This document shows positions 21,589 through 34,287 of a stretch of DNA of 64,000 nt, piece by piece (the first letter of the stretch is position 1; the number at the start of each line of letters is the position of its first letter). The position numbers and the translations under genes are program-made. The stretch is taken from positions 2,112,001 through 2,176,000 of the forward strand of contig CAWKDB010000010.1 in the NCBI GenBank assembly GCA_963848295.1, read 5' to 3'. The notes below the pieces were generated by a model. That model searched no databases. It had not been told where the DNA came from and saw nothing but the letters and a program-made list of their open reading frames with translations. This stretch comes from an uncultured delta proteobacterium. GTDB lineage: Bacteria > Myxococcota_A > Polyangia > Haliangiales > Haliangiaceae.

Positions 21589-22680
21589 CTACATCCGATA
21601 GCCGAGGCCGAGCATCAAGTCGAAGCGCGTGATCGACGAGATGTCGCTGCTCAGGCCGGCCTTCGCCGGGCTGTACGAAAATGCGATCGGAGCCACGGTG
21701 ACGATCAGGTTCGACGTGATCTCGTAGTCCGCCGAGAGGCCGGCGCGAACCGCGAACATCGCGAGCGCACCGGTCGTGCCCGCTTCATCCATCGTGAACG
21801 GGTTACCCGCGTTGATGCCGTTGAACAGCAGCACGCCGACGCCGAGGTCGGCGCGAATGCCGATCTTCGGAGCCACGGTGTAGGTCCCGGCGACGTCGGC
21901 GAGCGCTTCGACGAACGACGCGTTGTCCTTGCCGCCGCTGACCGCGTTGTCGTAGGGCACCGGCGTGAACGTGAACGCGGCGCCGACATCGAGTCGGAGC
22001 TTGTCGTTGATCGTGATCGGGTAGCCGGCGATCACGGTCGCGGTAGCCTGCAGCGGCACGGTCGGGCCGCCGAGGCCGACCTTCGAGATGCCGCCGAGCA
22101 CGCGCGCGGACAGCAGCTTCGGTGGGCCACCGACGGTCGTGCCCTTGCGAATGCCGCCATCCTCGCCGTTGTCGTCGCCGCTGCCATCGCCGGCGGCGGC
22201 GACGCGCTTCGTGCCGTCCGGCTTCGTACCGTTGTTCGCGTTGGTGTCGTCCTTGTGATCGTCACCCTCGGGCTTCGCGGTCGTATCGGGCGGACGACTC
22301 TTCATGTCGTCCTGCTTCTTCACGCAGTCCTCGAGACCGGTGATCAGCTGCTCGATCTCGGTGCGCTTCTCCGGCTTGAGCGGCTTGATGGTGTCGGTGT
22401 CCTTGAGCGCGAGAAAGCGCTTGTAGAAGAACACCGCGTCTCGGCACTTGTTGCCCTGGCGATACGCCTGGGCGACGTTGTAGAGATACGCCGGCTTCTT
22501 CGCCTCGACGGTCTCGAGCTCGAAGCCCTTCTTGAACGCATCGGCGGCTTGGTCGAAGTCGCCGAGGTTGTACTGATTCTCGCCTTCCTTGTACCAGTCG
22601 TCGGCGGTCTTCGGCTCCGCGAGCGCGAGCATCGGCAACGCGACCAACGCCACGCACACCCAGGTCTTGATTCGTTTCAT
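21589..22680 (-). CDS. Secreted TPR protein with C-terminal beta-barrel-like domain
   Basis: Signal peptide; YNLGDFDQA...[13 protein letters not shown]s; amphipathic beta strands ending LGLGYRM. Confidence 0.8.
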   Translation of the reverse strand: MKRIKTWVCVALVALPMLALAEPKTADDWYKEGENQYNLGDFDQAADAFKKGFELETVEAKKPAYLYNVAQAYRQGNKCRDAVFFYKRFLALKDTDTIKPLKPEKRTEIEQLITGLEDCVKKQDDMKSRPPDTTAKPEGDDHKDDTNANNGTKPDGTKRVAAAGDGSGDDNGEDGGIRKGTTVGGPPKLLSARVLGGISKVGLGGPTVPLQATATVIAGYPITINDKLRLDVGAAFTFTPVPYDNAVSGGKDNASFVEALADVAGTYTVAPKIGIRADLGVGVLLFNGINAGNPFTMDEAGTTGALAMFAVRAGLSADYEITSNLIVTVAPIAFSYSPAKAGLSSDISSITRFDLMLGLGYRM

Positions 22681-22703
22681 CCAACGCTCCAGGTAACGAG
22701 TCT

Positions 22704-24525
<1,822 letters not shown>

Positions 24526-24576
24526 AGTAGCTCACAAAGGTCCGAAAAGTCGCGGTTGGCGGCCCCTGCTGTCACG

Positions 24577-25452
24577 ATGTTCATGATGCGCGAGCTCCGG
24601 CGGTTTGCCAGTGTCCGTAGCCTTGCTTCGTTCGCCCTGTTGGTAGTCATTGGTGTGCTCGCCGGCCCGACGTGGGCGGATGGCCTACCCCACGTGAAGT
24701 CGAAGTCGGCCGTCGTGATCGACGCCGAGACCGGCGAAGAGATCTTCGGCAAGAACGCCGATTCGATCCGGGCGATCGCGTCGACCACGAAGATCTTCGT
24801 GGCGATGGCGGTGCGCGAGAAGGGCCTGGATCTCGATGGTTGGACCGAGATCACCAAGGGCGACGCGTACGACGCCCGCGGCGGCTCGAGGACCCGGCTC
24901 GAGGTCGGTGCGAGGTTTCGCAATCGCGACTTGCTGCGCGCCATGCTCGTAGCATCAGACAACCGTGCCCCGACCGCGCTTGGCCGCGCCGCGGGCATGA
25001 ATCCGGACCAGCTCGTGGCGGCGATGAATCACATCGCGCGCGATCTCGAGCTCCATCACACCAAGTTCACCGATCCGACCGGGCTGCGCGGCAACGTGTC
25101 GACCGCGCGCGAGATGGCGATCGCGCTGCGCGCCGCTCTCGACGACGACGTGTTGCGCGCCATCATGGGCGACGACAGCGACACCGTGATCGGCCAAGGC
25201 GGCCGCCCTAGGATCGAGTACGCGACGACGAATCGCCCACTCGCGGAGCGGCAATGGGACGTGATCGGCGGCAAGACCGGCTACACCGAAGCGGCGGGCT
25301 ACTGCTACATCACCGCCGCGATCATCGCGCACCGCCAGGTCGTGATGGCGTTCTACGGCGCCGACGGCAAGCAGACGCGATTCGCCGACTTCGATCGCGT
25401 CGCGGCCTGGCTCGAAGGCACCGCGCCCCACGACGACGCCGCCGCGAAGTAG
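24577..25452 (+). CDS. Peptidase S11 D-alanyl-D-alanine endopeptidase/carboxypeptidase (PbpG-like)
   Basis: SxxK (STTK), SDN and KTG motifs; signal peptide; start uncertain. Confidence 0.88.
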   Translation: MFMMRELRRFASVRSLASFALLVVIGVLAGPTWADGLPHVKSKSAVVIDAETGEEIFGKNADSIRAIASTTKIFVAMAVREKGLDLDGWTEITKGDAYDARGGSRTRLEVGARFRNRDLLRAMLVASDNRAPTALGRAAGMNPDQLVAAMNHIARDLELHHTKFTDPTGLRGNVSTAREMAIALRAALDDDVLRAIMGDDSDTVIGQGGRPRIEYATTNRPLAERQWDVIGGKTGYTEAAGYCYITAAIIAHRQVVMAFYGADGKQTRFADFDRVAAWLEGTAPHDDAAAK

Positions 25453-25461
25453 ACTGCGAGC

Positions 25462-26946
25462 GTGACGTGGAACCGGCGCGAGGTGCTCGGCAGTCTCGGC
25501 CTCGCCTCGGCGCACGCGTTGCTGTTCGGGTTCGGCTGCGGGGCGAAGGCTAACTACGAACACCAGACCGCGCACGATCCGGTCGACGAGCTGCGCGGTT
25601 GGCTGCGGCGCGCGGTCGAGATGCTCGCGCACGAGTTTCCGAGCGCGCACGCCCTCGCGGTGATGCGGCGCCGCACGACCGCAGCGCGCGACGTGCTCGG
25701 CGGAGCGGTCGCTCGCGCCTACTGCGAAGGCGTCGTGTTGACCGTGCGCGATCGCAGCGGCCGGCGCCGCGAACAGGTGACGAGTGATCTGACGCGCGAC
25801 GGCGTCGCGACCGCAGCCGCGGTGCTCGGCGGTGGCGACGGCCGCCTCCGGCCGCCGCCGATCGACTTTGGCGTCCCCCAGCGGCTCTCGCCGCTCGTCC
25901 ACGATCCGCGCGCGCTCGGCGATGCCGAGCTGCTCGCGCGCGTCGACGCGTTGGTCGAGCTCGAGCGCGAACGCTCGAGTCGCATTGTCTACGCAGCGAC
26001 CTCGCTCGACATCGACGACGCGCACGTGTGGTCGATCATGCCGGGCCACGACCGCGAGCAGCGAATCGTCCGCATTCGCGAGGCGGCGGTGCGCGTCGCG
26101 TGGAATGGGACGCGGCCGATCGTGAGCGAAGTCTCTCGCTCGTGGGCCGGCGGTGAGCTCGATCACGCGCTCGATGCCGCCGACCTGGCGACCGCGTCTC
26201 GCGGAGCCCTCGAGCTCGCGACGCCGGCGAGCTTCGCCGACGGCGATCACGGCGTCGTGCTCGAGCCCTCGGTCGCCGCGCAATTGATCGACGCCGCCGT
26301 GCGTGCCCTGCTGACGACGACCGCGGTGCGTCGGCCCGAGGTCGCGCGCCGGCTCGCGCTCGGTGCGAGCGTCGCGTCGGAGCTCGTCACCGTCACCGAC
26401 GATCCGCTGGTACCCGGCGCGTACGGCGGGTTCGCGTTCGACGACGAAGGCACGCCTGCCGCCGCGGTGACGCTGCTCGACCGCGGTCGCGTCGTCGGCA
26501 GGCTCGCCGATGCCGCCGGCGTCGCGGCGGGCCTCGCGACCGTCGCGGGACGCGGGCAGCGACCCGGACATGTCGCGGCGGTCGAGGCCGAGCCCTCGCA
26601 TATCCGCGTCGCCGCGGGCTCGACCGATCGCGATGCGCTGCTCGACGACGGCTTCATCCTCGAAGGCGGCGTGCACGCGAGCGTCGATCCGGCGAGCGAT
26701 CACGTGCTCGTCGCCGTCCAACGCGCGCGCGAGGTGCGAGGCGGCCAGACGACCGGCCGGCTGTTCGCGGACATCGAGCTGTCGGGCGAGCTCGGCGGGC
26801 TGCTCGCCGCGATCACCGCGGTCGGCAACGACGTCACGAGCCTCGGCATTCGCGACGAACGCGGTGGTCAGCCTCGGTGGCGATCGATCGAGACCCCGTC
26901 GCTGCGTTCGCGCGCGGCCTTGCGCGCGATGCGGAGACCGACGTGA
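25462..26946 (+). CDS. Divergent TldD-like protein, Tat lipoprotein signal, no HExxxH
   Basis: NRREVL...GFGC; VTVTDDP, FAFDDEG, LLDRG and TPSL motifs; QLIDAAV at the expected zinc-motif position. Confidence 0.75.
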   Translation: MTWNRREVLGSLGLASAHALLFGFGCGAKANYEHQTAHDPVDELRGWLRRAVEMLAHEFPSAHALAVMRRRTTAARDVLGGAVARAYCEGVVLTVRDRSGRRREQVTSDLTRDGVATAAAVLGGGDGRLRPPPIDFGVPQRLSPLVHDPRALGDAELLARVDALVELERERSSRIVYAATSLDIDDAHVWSIMPGHDREQRIVRIREAAVRVAWNGTRPIVSEVSRSWAGGELDHALDAADLATASRGALELATPASFADGDHGVVLEPSVAAQLIDAAVRALLTTTAVRRPEVARRLALGASVASELVTVTDDPLVPGAYGGFAFDDEGTPAAAVTLLDRGRVVGRLADAAGVAAGLATVAGRGQRPGHVAAVEAEPSHIRVAAGSTDRDALLDDGFILEGGVHASVDPASDHVLVAVQRAREVRGGQTTGRLFADIELSGELGGLLAAITAVGNDVTSLGIRDERGGQPRWRSIETPSLRSRAALRAMRRPT

Positions 26947-28211
26947 TCGATCGCCGCGGGTTGTTGCGCGCGCTCGGCGAACGGCCGCTCGCCGACTGGG
27001 TGTTGATCGAGCACGACGAACAGCTCGCCGCCGTCGACGAAGCGGTGCCGAGCAGCGAACGCGGCGAGCAGCGCCAGCGCTGGGACCTCACCGTCCACGT
27101 CGATGCGGCACGCGGTCGCGGCAGTGCGCGGGTCGAGCTGCAGACCGGCAGCGGGTTTCCCGACGACATCGTCGATCAAGCGATCGCGGTCGCGAACGCG
27201 TCGGTCGGCCCCGCGTGGTCGACGTCGCCGCCGGCCGCTCCGGCCAAGGTCGCGCTGCTCGATCCCGCGCTGGCCCGCGCCGAGCTCGGCGACATCGCGA
27301 GGCGGATGCTGCGCGATCTCGAGCGCCCGCCGGGCGCCGCCGTCGTCGCGGCAGCGACCGTGTCGCGCGAGCACGTGCTCGTGAACACGAAGCAGGGCGC
27401 ACGCGCGCAATGGGTCGCGAGCCTCGCGCATGCCGACGCGATGATCGCGGTCGCCGATCGCAGCCTCGAAGTCTCGCGCGACGCGCGCCGGATCGGCGAT
27501 CTCGGGTTCGGGCCAGCGCTCGCGGCAGCCGCCGCGGACCTCGCACGCTATCCAGCGGCCGGCGCGGTCACGCCGGGTCCGTGCACGCTCGTGCTCACCG
27601 CCGATGCGATGCTCCACGGTGGGCTCGGCGTCTGGCAGGTGTTCGCGGATCAAGCCGACGCGGTCGTCGCGCGCCAAGGCCTGACTCGATATCGGCTCGG
27701 CACCCCGATCACCGAGGGTGCTCGGGCGACCGTCGATCCCTTGACGGTCGTCAGCGACGGCGCGCTCGACTATGCGGTGGACTCTGCCCCGATCGGCGAC
27801 GATGGCGATGCGATCCGGCGGTTCACGCTGATCGATCGCGGCATCGCGGTCGGCTTGGGCCTGTCGCCGCGCGAGGCCGCGCTGCGCGGCGAAGATCCGA
27901 ACGGCGGCGTGCGCAACCTCGTGGTCTCCGCCGGAACCTGGCAGGACACGCCCGGTTCGCTGCCGGGCCGCGTCGTCGAGATACGCCGGCTGCGCGGCCT
28001 CGCGATCGATCCGTACACCGGCGACGCGACGCTCGAGGTCGGGCTCGGGCTCGAGCTCGCCGCCGGCGCCAGGCCGTTCACCGGTGGGTCGATTCGCCTC
28101 GATCTCGTCGCCTCGCTCGCCCGCGCCCGGCGCAGCGCACAGATCATTCGCCGTGGGGCATATCAGGGCCCTCGCACGATCGTGGTCGACGGGGCGACGC
28201 TGCTGCCGTAG
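26943..28211 (+). CDS. Divergent PmbA/TldE-like protein
   Basis: LTVVSDG, DDGD, LIDRG and NGGVRNL motifs; GTGA overlap with the upstream gene. Confidence 0.72.
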   Translation: MIDRRGLLRALGERPLADWVLIEHDEQLAAVDEAVPSSERGEQRQRWDLTVHVDAARGRGSARVELQTGSGFPDDIVDQAIAVANASVGPAWSTSPPAAPAKVALLDPALARAELGDIARRMLRDLERPPGAAVVAAATVSREHVLVNTKQGARAQWVASLAHADAMIAVADRSLEVSRDARRIGDLGFGPALAAAAADLARYPAAGAVTPGPCTLVLTADAMLHGGLGVWQVFADQADAVVARQGLTRYRLGTPITEGARATVDPLTVVSDGALDYAVDSAPIGDDGDAIRRFTLIDRGIAVGLGLSPREAALRGEDPNGGVRNLVVSAGTWQDTPGSLPGRVVEIRRLRGLAIDPYTGDATLEVGLGLELAAGARPFTGGSIRLDLVASLARARRSAQIIRRGAYQGPRTIVVDGATLLP

Positions 28212-28296
28212 TGATGCGCACCGTCGGTATCGCGGTGAAATGCGAAGATAGGGGCTCGGGTTTTGCTCGGACCCCCAGGCGCGCTACAGCGTGGGG

Positions 28297-30189
28297 ATGC
28301 GTGGAGAGACGATCGCGTTCGCGCTCGCCGGGTGGGGCTCGGTCGTCGCGTGCTCGATGACCCCACCCGAGAGTGCCGCGAGCTCCGACTCGATCGCGGA
28401 CCCGGTGCCGACCGGCGAGGCGACGATCGCGCACTATCCGAATGCCGAGGTGTGCAACGGCGGCACGTACCGCTGCTTCGCGCGGGTCCGGACGTTAGCG
28501 ACCGGTGAGCGCGACGCGGCCGCGGCGCCGCAAGGCTGGGGCCCGCCGGATCTCGTCAAGGCGTACAACTACGACCCGTCGGCGACGCCGGGCGCGACGG
28601 TCGCGATCATCGGCGCGTACGGTTACCCGAACCTCGAATCCGATCTCGCGACGTATCGCAGCACCTTCGGGCTGTCGCCATGCACGATCGCGAGCGGTTG
28701 CTTGACCGTGGTCAATCAGGAAGGCCAGACGACACCGCTGCCCGGCGCGGCGCCGCAGGACGACGACTGGACGCAAGAGACCGCGCTCGACGTCGACATG
28801 ACGAGCGCCGCGTGCCCGAACTGCAAGATCCTCGTCGTCCAGGCCGACGACGATCGCGGCGACGGCCTGTTCGTCGCGAACGACACCGCGGCGACGTTCG
28901 ATCCGACCGTGATCAGCAACAGCTGGGGCGGCCCGGAACAGGGCGCACAGCAGGTCGCGAGCCTCGAGCCGTACTTCGCCCACCCCGGGATCGCGATCTT
29001 CGTGGCCTCGGGTGACGTCGGTTACGACGACGGGAACCGCGGCGCCGATTACCCGGCGTCGTCGCAGTACACGTTCGCGGTCGGCGGTACGACGCTGCAA
29101 ACCGCGCAGTCGCCGCGCGGGTTCACCGAGACGGCCTGGCGCGGCGGCGGCAGCTCGTGCAGCGACTCGGTCGCGAAGCCGGCGTGGCAGACCTCGACCG
29201 CGTGCGGCAAGCGGATGAGCGTCGACGTGTCCGCGGTCGCCGATCCCGATACCGGCGTCGCGGTCTATAACGCCGACGGTGGCGGTTGGACGGTGACCGG
29301 TGGCACGAGCGCCGCGAGCCCGCTCGTCGCGTCGCTGTTCGCGCTGACCAACCACGGCGGCGAGATCGCGAAGTTCGCGTACGACAACGCGAGCAGCTTC
29401 TTCGACTCCGTCGGCGGCACGAACGGCACCTGCGGCAACATCTTGTGCACCGCGGGCGTCGGCTGGGACGGCCCGACCGGCAACGGCTCGCCGAACGGCG
29501 CGATGCTCGCCGGTGCGCTGGCCCCGACGCTCGCGATCAGCTCGCCGTTCGACGGCCAGTCGGTGCCGCCCGGGTTCACCGTCGCGACGACGTGCACGCC
29601 GAACGACAGCGCGATGGTCGCGGAGGTCGATATCACGATCGATAGCGAGCCGCTCGGCAAGCTCACGGCCGGGCCGTACAACCTCGTCGCGCCGAGCACG
29701 TTCGCGAGCGGCAAGCACTCGATCGTCGTGACCTGTACGACGAGCACGATCGCGCAGGTCACGACGCGGCTGACCGTCACGCAGACCGAGGCCTGCGCCG
29801 CCGACACCGATTGCTCGAACACCGGCGACGTGTGCTACCTCGGCGCGTGCATCGCCGGCGGCGCGATCGGCAACGGCCTCGGCACGACCTGCTCCGCCGA
29901 CAGCGATTGCGCATCGGGCGTGTGCACCGCCGACGGCTCGGCGTCGGAGTGCTCGGTCGCATGCGATACCGCGAACGACATGTGCCCGGCCGGCTTCCAG
30001 TGCGAGGCCGAAACCTCGGGCGGCCAGTGCCTCGCCAACGGCGAGACCGGCGGCGGTGGAGGCGGCGGCTGCGATGCGGGTCGCGGCGGAGCCTCCGCGT
30101 TACTCGGGCTCGGGGTCGCGCTGCTCGCGCTGCGCCCGCGCCGGCGCTCGCGGTATATGTTCGGCCCATGCGGATCTCGCTCGCGCTGA
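28297..30189 (+). CDS. S53 (sedolisin-like) peptidase lipoprotein with Ig-like domain, Cys-rich repeats and MYXO-CTERM-like tail
   Basis: ETALD, SNSWG, ASGD, GGTSAASP and GWDGPTG-x-GSP motifs; tail GGGC-x-AG, hydrophobic stretch, RPRRR. Confidence 0.88.
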   Translation: MRGETIAFALAGWGSVVACSMTPPESAASSDSIADPVPTGEATIAHYPNAEVCNGGTYRCFARVRTLATGERDAAAAPQGWGPPDLVKAYNYDPSATPGATVAIIGAYGYPNLESDLATYRSTFGLSPCTIASGCLTVVNQEGQTTPLPGAAPQDDDWTQETALDVDMTSAACPNCKILVVQADDDRGDGLFVANDTAATFDPTVISNSWGGPEQGAQQVASLEPYFAHPGIAIFVASGDVGYDDGNRGADYPASSQYTFAVGGTTLQTAQSPRGFTETAWRGGGSSCSDSVAKPAWQTSTACGKRMSVDVSAVADPDTGVAVYNADGGGWTVTGGTSAASPLVASLFALTNHGGEIAKFAYDNASSFFDSVGGTNGTCGNILCTAGVGWDGPTGNGSPNGAMLAGALAPTLAISSPFDGQSVPPGFTVATTCTPNDSAMVAEVDITIDSEPLGKLTAGPYNLVAPSTFASGKHSIVVTCTTSTIAQVTTRLTVTQTEACAADTDCSNTGDVCYLGACIAGGAIGNGLGTTCSADSDCASGVCTADGSASECSVACDTANDMCPAGFQCEAETSGGQCLANGETGGGGGGGCDAGRGGASALLGLGVALLALRPRRRSRYMFGPCGSRSR

Positions 30190-30881
30190 TCATCGTCGCT
30201 GCGATCACGACGTCTGCCCGCGCCGACGTCGATCCGCGGTCGAAGTGGATCCAGCTCGACAACAAGGCGCTCGGCGTGCGCGCGCGTCATCCCAAGACCG
30301 CGAAGATCGCGATCCACGGCTCGGAGCTGGCGATCTCCGGCGCCGGCTTTCCGACCGTGACGATCGCGGTGACGACGACCGGCGGTCGCACCACGAGCAA
30401 GAGCGGCGGCGTCGAGGAGCTCCACGTCAACTGGACGATCACGTCGCCGAAGCACTCCGCGACCTGCACCGCGACCGCCGAGGACGACGATCAGGCGACG
30501 ATCGCCTCGCAGATCTGCGATTCGATCGAGCTCGCCGCCGCGCCGCGAGCGCCGCACGTCGACCTCACGGTGGCATCGACCGGCCTCGCCGATGCCGCGG
30601 CGTACGAGACCGCCGTGCGCGCGACGACGCGGCGGCTCGACGCCTGCTGGAAGACCGCGCTCGCGAAAGACAAGGACCTGCCGGAAGGCGAGGTCGAGGT
30701 CCGGCGCACGTACGACCACGGTCAGCCGGCGGACACCGTCGAGAACCACTACAACTTCTTCGACCACGACGTGAAGCAGCTCGGCACGTGCATGGCGACG
30801 TTGCTCAAGGCGGTGCCGGTGAAGACCGCGAGTGACGATGCAGCGACGATCAAGATCAACGTGATCTGCCAGATCTATTGA
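30168..30881 (+). CDS. Hypothetical secreted protein
   Basis: Signal peptide (ARA cleavage site); TATGTT box 6 nt upstream. Confidence 0.7.
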   Translation: MRISLALIIVAAITTSARADVDPRSKWIQLDNKALGVRARHPKTAKIAIHGSELAISGAGFPTVTIAVTTTGGRTTSKSGGVEELHVNWTITSPKHSATCTATAEDDDQATIASQICDSIELAAAPRAPHVDLTVASTGLADAAAYETAVRATTRRLDACWKTALAKDKDLPEGEVEVRRTYDHGQPADTVENHYNFFDHDVKQLGTCMATLLKAVPVKTASDDAATIKINVICQIY

Positions 30882-30970
30882 CACGTCGGCTCGTCGCCCT
30901 GCCCGATCTTCCAGGCGAACAACGCGCGCGCGGCTTTGCTTTGCGTGTCGCGGCATAGGACAAGTGTTCG

Positions 30971-31906
30971 GTGTCCGACGCTGCGCCGATCATCACCATC
31001 TCGGGGGTCCGCAAGACGTACGCGAGCGGGCTGACGGCGCTGTCCTCGATCGATCTGACGATCCGCCGCGGCGAGATCTTCGCGTTGCTCGGGCCGAACG
31101 GCGCCGGCAAGACGACGTTGATCAGCATCATCTGCGGCATCGTCAACGCGAGCGGCGGCACGGTGATCGCCGACGGCCACGACATCGTCCGCGACTTTCG
31201 CGCGGCGCGCTCGAAGATCGGGCTCGTGCCGCAGGAGCTGTCGACCGACGCGTTCGAGACCGTGTGGGCGACGGTCACGTTCAGCCGCGGGTTGTTCGGC
31301 AAGCCGAAGAACCCCGCGCACGTCGAGAAGGTCCTGCGCTCGCTGTCGCTGTGGGACAAGAAGGACTCGAAGATCATGACGCTGTCGGGCGGCATGAAGC
31401 GGCGGGTGTTGATCGCGAAGGCGTTGGCGCACGAGCCGACGATCCTGTTTCTCGACGAACCGACCGCCGGCGTCGACGTCGAGCTCCGCCACGACATGTG
31501 GCAACAGGTCCGCGAGCTGCGCGAGAGCGGGGTCACGATCATCCTGACGACCCACTACATCCAGGAAGCACAGGAGATGGCGGATCGGATCGGCGTCATC
31601 AACAAGGGCGAGCTGATCGTCGTCGAAGACAAAGACGTGCTGATCCGCCGACTCGGCAAGCGCCAGCTGACGTTGCAGCTCCAGCAGTCGCTCGACAAGC
31701 TGCCCGAAGCGCTCGCGACGCTGCCGCTCGAGCTGTCCGCGGACGGCACGACGCTGAGCTACACGTTCGACGTCCAGAGCAAGCACACCGGGATCGCCGC
31801 GCTGTTGAAGCAACTCGGCGAGCTCGGGATCGCGTTCGAAGACCTCCACTCCAAGGAGAGCTCGCTCGAAGACATCTTCGTCGGCCTCGTCAAGGGGACG
31901 CGATGA
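30971..31906 (+). CDS. ABC-2 type transporter ATP-binding protein (YadG-like)
   Basis: [21 protein letters not shown] and TTHY motifs. Confidence 0.95.
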   Translation: MSDAAPIITISGVRKTYASGLTALSSIDLTIRRGEIFALLGPNGAGKTTLISIICGIVNASGGTVIADGHDIVRDFRAARSKIGLVPQELSTDAFETVWATVTFSRGLFGKPKNPAHVEKVLRSLSLWDKKDSKIMTLSGGMKRRVLIAKALAHEPTILFLDEPTAGVDVELRHDMWQQVRELRESGVTIILTTHYIQEAQEMADRIGVINKGELIVVEDKDVLIRRLGKRQLTLQLQQSLDKLPEALATLPLELSADGTTLSYTFDVQSKHTGIAALLKQLGELGIAFEDLHSKESSLEDIFVGLVKGTR

Positions 31907-32664
31907 ACCTCCACGCGATCCGCGCGATCTATCGGTTCGAGATGGCACGCACGTTCCGCACGCCGGTGCAGAGCATCTTGTCGCCGGTGATCTCTACCTC
32001 GCTGTACTTCGTCGTGTTCGGCTCGGCGATCGGCTCGCGGATGGGCGCGGTCGGCGGCGTCAATTACGGCTCGTTCATCATTCCGGGGCTCATCATGTTG
32101 TCGCTCCTCGGCGAGAGCATCTCGAACGCGTCGTTCGGGATCTATCTGCCGAAGTGGTCCGGCACGATCTACGAGCTGCTGTCGGCGCCGGTCGCGTTCG
32201 TCGAGGTCGTGCTCGGTTACGTCGGCGCGGCCGCGAGCAAGTCGATCATGCTCGGTGTGCTGATCTTGGTCACCGCGCGCGCGTTCGTGTCCTACGAGAT
32301 CGTGCATCCCGTGTGGATGGTCGCGTTCGTCGTCCTCACCGCGGTCACGTTCAGTCTGTTCGGTTTCATCATCGGGCTGTGGGCCGACAGCTTCCAGAAG
32401 CTGCAGACGATTCCGCTGATGATCATCACGCCGCTGACATTCCTCGGCGGTGCGTTCTACTCGATCAACATGCTGCCGCCGTTCTGGCAGAAGGTGACGC
32501 TGTTCAATCCGGTCGTCTACTTGATCTCCGGTATGCGCTGGGCGTTCTACGGTCGCGGCGACGTCGCCGTCGCGATCAGCGTGAGCGCGACGATCGGGTT
32601 CATGGCGCTGTGCCTTGTCGCGATCTGGTGGGTGTTCAAGACCGGGTACAAGCTGAAGACGTAG
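31903..32664 (+). CDS. ABC-2 type transporter permease (YadH-like)
   Basis: About 6 TMs; [19 protein letters not shown] and NPVVYLISG motifs. Confidence 0.93.
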   Translation: MNLHAIRAIYRFEMARTFRTPVQSILSPVISTSLYFVVFGSAIGSRMGAVGGVNYGSFIIPGLIMLSLLGESISNASFGIYLPKWSGTIYELLSAPVAFVEVVLGYVGAAASKSIMLGVLILVTARAFVSYEIVHPVWMVAFVVLTAVTFSLFGFIIGLWADSFQKLQTIPLMIITPLTFLGGAFYSINMLPPFWQKVTLFNPVVYLISGMRWAFYGRGDVAVAISVSATIGFMALCLVAIWWVFKTGYKLKT

Positions 32665-32729
32665 CCCCGGTCACGGACCGGCTCGGTCATTGCCAGCGTC
32701 GTCGGTGCTTCTGACGTACGCTCGCGGCC

Positions 32730-34287
32730 ATGACGTTGGCCCGCAGCGTGCTCGGAGTGTTGTTCCTCGCAGCGATCGCAACGGATCTGCGCGCGGACGA
32801 CGGGCCGCCGTACGTGCCGCCCGATTTCATGGCGCAGCTGCCGCCGCTCCCCGCGTCCGCCGACGCGACGAACGTGTGGAAGCTCGATCTCCCTCAGGCG
32901 TTGCAGATCGCGATCCACCAGAATCTCGGCGTCGTGCTCGAGCGCGAGTCGGTAACGGTCGCGAGCCTCGGCATCGATGTCGCGAACGGCGCCTACGAGC
33001 CGGTCGTGAGCTCGACCGTCGATCACGCGAGCGCCGACCAACCGCCGACGTCGATCCAGGCCGGTATCCCCGGCGCGATCATCACGAACAAGAACGAGGA
33101 TTGGCGGTTGTCGGTCGCCGAGCACCTGCCGACCGGCGCGCAGGTCGAGGTGGACTTCTTGAACTCGCGCCTCGCCTCGAACGGCGGGACGGCGGTCGAG
33201 CCGCTCTACTACTCGTCGACGGTGCAAGCGAGCGTGACGCAGCCGCTGTTGCGTGGATTCTCGACCGATCTCGTGGTCCCCCGCATCGATCTGCTGCGCG
33301 CGAAGATCGCATCGAAGAGGGAGCGCGCTCAGCTCGCGGTAGCGGCCGCCGACGTGATCGAGCGGACCGAAGATGCGTACTGGGACGTCGTGCTGGCGTT
33401 ATTCACCTACGATCTTCAGGTCCGCTCGCAGAAACGCGCGGAGGATCAGCTCGCGCTTGACCCAACGCCAGATCGCCTCGGGCTTGAACCCGCCATCGGA
33501 TCTGATCTCGGCGGAGAGCACGCTCGCGCAACGCAACCTCCAGGTCGTGCAAGCCGAGCAACAGATCGAAGCGAGCTCCGATGCGCTGCGCACGATCTTG
33601 AACCTGCCGCGCGAGGAGTGGTCGCGGCCGATCGTCCCGACCGATCTGCCGACGTTCGTGACGCAAGCGGCCTCGGCCGAGGAGGCGCTCGGCGTCGCGC
33701 TCAAGCATCGGCCAGAGTTGGTCCAGCTCGATCTCGATCTCCAGACGGCGATGTTGGCGGTTCGCCAGGCCGAGAACGCGAAGCTGCCGCAGATCGATCT
33801 CGGGCTGACCGCGTCGCTGTTCGGAGCGGACTCGACCTACGGTGGCGCGCTCGATGGCGTCGGCCGAACGAACGCCACGGGCTACAGCGTCGTGCTCAAC
33901 ATGTCGTGGACGCCGTTGCAGCGCGCGACGTCTGCGCTCGCGGAGATCCAGCGCTCGAACCAACGGCAAGCGGTCGTGAGGCGCGAGCAGGTCGTGCAGA
34001 ACGTGTGGTTCGCGGTGCGCGATGCCGTGCGCAACCAGTCGGGAGCTGCGCGTCAGGTGCTCGCCGCCGCCAAGTTCCGCGCGCTGTCGACCGAGAACCT
34101 CGACGTCGAGCAACGCAAGTTCGTCGCCGGCACGTCGTCGAACTTCCTCGTCGCGCAACGTCAAGAGGAGCTCGCGAACGCCCAGCTCTCCGAGCTCCAG
34201 GCGGTGCTGACCCACAAGAAGGCGACCGCCGCGTTGTTACGCGCGATGGGCACGTTGCTCGAAGCGCGCCACGTCGTGTTGCAGTAG
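32730..34287 (+). CDS. TolC family outer membrane efflux protein, with a +1 frameshift at 33457-33458
   Basis: LPQALQIAIHQN, QPLLRGF and AYWDV motifs. Removing one T continues LTQRQ...HRPEL...LPQIDL...LLRAMGTL. Confidence 0.85.
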
